Assembly: GCA_030690415.1 (NCBI GenBank)
Contig: JAUYGZ010000011.1
Span: 6,269-70,268, forward strand
Source: a bacterium
GTDB taxonomy: Bacteria; Patescibacteriota; Gracilibacteria; JAUYGZ01
Direction of reading: 5' to 3'
DNA: 64,000 nucleotides
This document shows positions 15,001 through 21,000 of this stretch, piece by piece; position 1 is the first letter of the stretch; each line of letters starts with the position of its first letter. The notes below the pieces were generated by a model. The model saw only the letters and a program-made list of their open reading frames with translations. It searched no databases and was not told where the DNA came from. Both the position numbers and the translations under genes were made by a program.

Positions 15001-18000
15001 TTTTCTTAAAGGTGGCATTGGATACCGACATCGGTCCCCAAACAACAATGTTTTGATTTGCCCCCGTTCCACCGTCTCCTTCCCATGTCCCACCCGTAAT
15101 AGCCAACGTGCTTGTGGTACCGGAGCTCCCCACGGTAACGGCTTTGGAATTCGTCTCGGTATCAAATATTCCGGCGGACTGAGTCAGTGTTCCTCCATTG
15201 GCCAAAGCGAGGTCACTCACCAACGCCAATGTTCCGGCGCCGGCATGAGAAACACTGTAAAACGCGGAACCCACGTTATTTAACGTCTGCGTCGTGAAGA
15301 CGGCCCCATCAAAGATCACGGTACCCGTACCCGGCGTGAAGGTTCCTCCGGTACGGTTCCAGTTTCCGTTCACCAAGAAAAGGCCGGAAGGAGCGGTCAG
15401 TGCCCCGGAAGAAAAAGTCATCACTCCATACACGGCCAGCGCTCCCGTGGAGCCGGTGTAGGTACCACCGGAGATGGTCAATCCTCCATTGAAAATCTGT
15501 GCCGCCGTCGGAGTCAGATACGTTCCGGTTCCACTCACCGTCGTAAGTCCTGTCACAGAAGTAAAATAACCACCTGGAGAATACGTCCCGCCCGTGATCG
15601 TCAGTGTTCCCAATGCCGTCAAATCATTCGACAAGCTCAAAGTCCCCGTCTTACTGACCGTCACATTGTTGAAGCTTGAAGTCGAATTAATCGCCTGCGC
15701 GGATCCTCCATTGAAAACCACCGATCCACTGTTGTGAGCAAAAACCCCTGTGAAATCACCTCCGACATTCGTCGTCGTTGAAGGAAGAGTCAAAGTCCCT
15801 GCTGTTCGACTCACATTCCCGGTCGCGGTCACCATACCGGAACCTCCTGTGAAAGTACCTGTACCTTCAACCGTCAAGTTTGCGACCGACGTGCCAAGAG
15901 TCGCTGGAGAATAGGTCCCTCCTGAAACCGTCAGCGTTCCCGCCGCTGCCAAAGCATTCGTCGACAAGGACAAAGTCCCTGTCTTACTCACCGTCACATT
16001 GTTGAAGCTTGAAGCCGAATTGATCGTCTGGGTGCTCGTCCCGTCGAAAATCACCGTTCCGCTTCCATGAGTAAAGCTGCCCGTAAAATCACCCGTCACG
16101 TTCGTCGTGGAGGAGCTCAGCGTCAGAGTCCCGGAAGTCCGGCTCACGCTCCCATTCACATCAATGGCTCCGGAGGAACCCGAAAAAGTCCCACCGGCCA
16201 CCGTCAAGCCGGTCACCATCGTCGTCCCGGTACTCTTATAATACGTTCCCCCATTGACCGTCAGAGTACCGTTGATCGTCGAATTGAACCCATCCTCATA
16301 AAACCCTCCATCCGTTATCGTAAGAGAACTCGCTGTAAAATTCGTATCCACCAAATGCAAAGATCCGGAAGGTCGATTGTAAACAACGGTACCCATGTTG
16401 AGACTATTCGTCCGAAGATTATGAGACCCCGCCCCGTCAAAAGTCCAGGTGCCGGAGACCGCCAGCGACCCCGCGGCATTGACAATAAGAGACTTGGCCA
16501 CGTTCACGTTCGTCGCGTTCAAATCTCCATCATCGATCCAGAGCACTCCATTCACGTCCAGATTCGTGGCGGAAAAAACCAAATCATCAGTACCGGAGGT
16601 TCCGGTATTATTGAGGGTTAAATTATTCAATACGCTCACCCCTGAATCCACCAATTGATCGGTCGTCCCATACAACTGCAGATTCCCATCATTGGCATCG
16701 AAAGTTCCATTTGGCGTGGTGATATTTCCCGCGACGCTCAAGTAGTTATCGTCTCCAGGAGCCTGAAAACTGGATGCCGTTCCAATACTTCCCACCTGCA
16801 GATTCCCGGCAACTCTCATCATGGGCTGGGTGCCATGGGTCGTTGTGCCCGTATAGGCAAAAATTCCCTGACCTCCTGCCCCCAGGATCAGATTCCCCGA
16901 CACCGTCAGGCGCTGTGTGCCAAGATTGACCGTCGCATCTCCACTGATATTAAAATCATTCGTAACCGTGAGCTCTCCTCCCGTGATCTGAAGAGGTCCT
17001 CCGAGCCACGCTGTGGCGACATTGACACTCAACACCAAATAATTTTGATCCACAATCGAGGGGGTACTTCCTGAGCCAACCCCCCAGGTTACAGAATCCG
17101 ACGAGGTAGGCTGACCATTCGGATTCCAGTTATTATCACAAGACCAGTTATAATTTGATCCACATCCACTGTCCCAGGAAGGGTCGAGATCAAAACCCGT
17201 ATTGTCCCCATGACTAAATGAGGGATATACCTTGATCAACTGACCAGAAAGATTATTCGCCCCTCCCCAAATCACGTATGAAATTTCAATTTGCCCCTTC
17301 GGATCCAGCATCCACTGCTCTCCATCATACACAACATTTCCTTCCGCGTCCTTCTTGATCTGATCTCCGTCATACACCAGCTTCCCTTGCCGTGTGGATC
17401 GAACTTCAATCAGATTTTCTTTATTCATTCCATCCGCCCCTACGATCCTGAATGATCCAAGCGTGGTCTGCGTCTTCCCCGCCTCGAAATACATATCCTT
17501 TCCTAGCTCAGTGGATTCGATATCATGCCAGGTGTTGTCACCGAAGATCGTTGAAGCCTGAGGACCGGCAAAAACAACTTTCGAAGCACCGGCCTCAAAA
17601 CTTCCCCGATTCACCCAGTCTCCGCTCACCACATACTCAACACCATCAGCCAACTGTAAACCCGCCCCTTCTTGAATGGTTAAATTCCCGGCCACCGTCA
17701 TCGGTTGAGATGCTGATCGAAGATCCAGAGATCGATCCATCTCAGCACCCCCTATGGTGATATTTTCGGAAATATTCAGAGAACTTTCAACCACCGTCGC
17801 GCCGGGAGTCGGTCCATCAAGGAAAAGTCCATGGAGAGAAAGCTCCATCTGCTCTCCTCCCAAGACCCCTCCCCCATCCAACGCCAAAGCTCCATCCGTA
17901 AGAGTGACTTGAGCGGGGGAACAATCCGAAGAACAAAATAAATTGCCTCCAAAAATGCTCACGTCGAAAGCTCCTGTCAAAGACCCTCCCCGAATATCAA

Positions 18001-21000
18001 TATTGCGCTCGACCAGAAGAGGAGACCGAAGCGTCCTGGCCCCCCCGAGGATCTGAAGAGCGTAAAAACCGGAATGTAAAGCTTCGGAAGAATCGATAAC
18101 ACCATCCGCGTCTCCTTCGAAAATCACCGTACTGGTCCCCGCGTGAAAAACATTGGTATTGATCCAGCTGCCCGACACGTGAATCGTTCTCGCTTCAGGA
18201 TAAAAAGTCCCTTCGTTGATCAAGTCGGTCACGGAAACATCTCCTCCCGGGCGATACACCGTCCCTGAAGCAATGGAAAGACTCATCCCTTCAGCGAGAA
18301 CCAGCCCTCCTTCTGGCGATATGGAGTAGAAATCCGACAAAGTCGTGGATCCTGAACCAAGAGCCAAAAGAGTGTTCGTAAACTCTACGCTCATGTCGCT
18401 CCGGATACTGACACGTCCCGCCACCAACTCAAGAGCTGTCGCCGTGTCTCCGGCCACGATCACCGTGGCTGCTCGATGAACACCATCATCGAAGAAGAAA
18501 CTCAAAACATCTCCGGCGCTCACGGTTGGCAAAATCATACTGGTCTGTCCTGAAGCGTCACTCAACCCTTTTTGAACGTCCGCCATTTCTCCATTGATCA
18601 GCACGGAAACCGACTTGGCGGCAAGCGGGATCCCCTCACCGTCAGAAACCACGGTAATCGGGTACACCTGCTGTTGAGCCAAAGCAGTGCTCCCCGGGAT
18701 CACCACGGAAGGATCAATCGCGATCGGAAATGAAATCGTGTCCTGGTCTTGGAGCTTCAGAGTAAAGACACCCTCGCTGTACCGAAAGAGAATCTGATCA
18801 TCGTGACGGATACCCTGAGCGTCGATGAAGAAAGGCGCGGCAACCAAAAAAGCCCCTTCAGCACCCACCCCGCGAGGGATGACAAGAAACCCTCCTTGCG
18901 CCCCGGCCAGGACCTGATATTGCTCCGGGTTTTCCAAAGCCCACTGAAACTGAAAAGGAACGGCTGGCCGATTATGGAGAACCAACCACTCTCTTTGCGT
19001 GCGGGTCTGAGCGTCGTAAAAATACGAAAAAATGTCATTGGCCCCTTCCTGATTCACGAAGCTCAAGAGTCCATAATGATTTTCCACCCGATAGACATCA
19101 TCCGTGAGAGGCTTCAGCACCATGCTCCCCCGCGCTCCGGAATACCGGATACCTCCCACAAAATCCTTGGAAAAAGTCACGAGCGCTTCTCCCTCCTGAA
19201 GAGGCTGAAGAACCGTGTCGTCCTGAAAAGCGGCCACCGGCTGTTGCTCGACAAGATTGAGAGCAATCGCTTCTCCGTCGCTTAAACGACCATACTTCCG
19301 CTGATCCTGGACGGAGCTGAGATCAAGGGTGGGATTGGAAAAAAGCCGTTCAATAAATCCCTGGGTCTGATAGACCAAAGGTTTGATCGCTTTTCGAAAC
19401 GTTTCATATCGTTTGGCGAACCATTGGTCTTCCGAAAGTCCCGAAAGGGCTTCCAAGGGAAACGGTGCTTTTTTTTGAGCAAGCTCTTCAAGAGTAAAAT
19501 CTCCCTGGAAAAAAGACCCCTCTGATTCCCCCACCACCAAAGGGGTCGTCCCGGGGTGAACCGAAAGAGTGGCCTCATAAGACGCGGCGACTTGTTCTTT
19601 GAGAGAAGAAAAAGCATCAAGATCCAACCAACTCGTCTCCAAAAACCCAAAGATCCCCGCTCCGGAAAGAGCCGTTCCGGTAATTTTATAATTCGCCGTC
19701 ACATCATTCATCAGCTCATCCAATGGCCTCAAATCTCCCTTTTGATCAACCAGATCAACCAGAATTTCCACATCTCCTTCGACGGCATCGATCACCCGAA
19801 ACGGAACCCCTATCTGATCCTTCTGAACAACAATTCTCCCGGGACAATCATCCGTCACTTCTTCCAGGAGATTGGTCTCAAGTCGGGGGCAAATAAAAAC
19901 ACCCGCCGCGAGATTAAGATTGGGAAGGTAAAGCGATCGATCACGCGCGGACTCCACGGTCCTCTGTTTCGTAAACACCACATGGGTCTCATCACCTTCC
20001 ACCTCCAGCCCGGGAACAAACTGAAACTTTCCTTGTTGCAAGAACTGCTTCAGACTATTTCCGTTCTCATTCTGAACCGACTTTGGATTCGAACGCTCAT
20101 CAGAAACCCCTTGAGCGTAAGCCTTCCGAATGCCATAGAAAAATGTCGTTGGTTCAGGAGACACCGGCGCCATCTCCGGAGACACTGAATCTCCCTCAGA
20201 CCTAATCTCTTCAGAGCCGGAGGAGTTCCCCCTGATAAGGGGGTCAGGGGGTCCGGGGGGGAGAGGCCCCTCCTGCGAATACTCTTCCTGCGCCTGCTGA
20301 AGCAGCTCCGTCAAATCCAGCTGAAAAGACGCTCGTAACAATCCGGATGACCTCTCGATAATCCGAATCTCGTAAAGATTTTGCTCCAAAAGAATAAACT
20401 GAAGATCGTACCGCTCTGGGTCGGGATTGACCACGATCTGATCGATCAGATCCGAAAGCAACTGCTCTGGAGAAAAATCAGGAACAAGCTCAACGGGACC
20501 CTCCACGCCAACGCCATCGGGAGGAAGCTGCCCCTCCCCCGGAGGAAGAACCTCAGGATTGGGAAGAAATTCTTCAGGAAGAACAGTCACATCAGTCGGA
20601 AGTTCCTCCGCTGAACCATGAACCGTCTCTTCTCCCGGCACTGAAGATTCTTGACCGGGAGGGACTAAAGCTCCCTCGCCAGGAAGGACCGGAGTCTCTT
20701 CCCCGGGAAGCTGTTCTTCATCAGGGCGTCTTGGCTGATCGAGAGGAACCTGGTCCACCGGCACTTCGGAAATGTGGTCTTCCGGAATCTCGAGAGAGAC
20801 TGACTGTGTCACTGAAAAGAGATCTACGCCTTCAAACAAGAGCCTCCCTTTCCCATCCACCTGCAATTCAAAAGGCTGAGGAAAAATACTCTCAATCTCT
20901 CCACTGGCCATAAGGGCTCTTATGGGAAAATTAGGAGAGTCCGTTTCACCACTGAGCAGGAGATAGGAATCAATACTATTATGTAAAACGGCTGTATCAG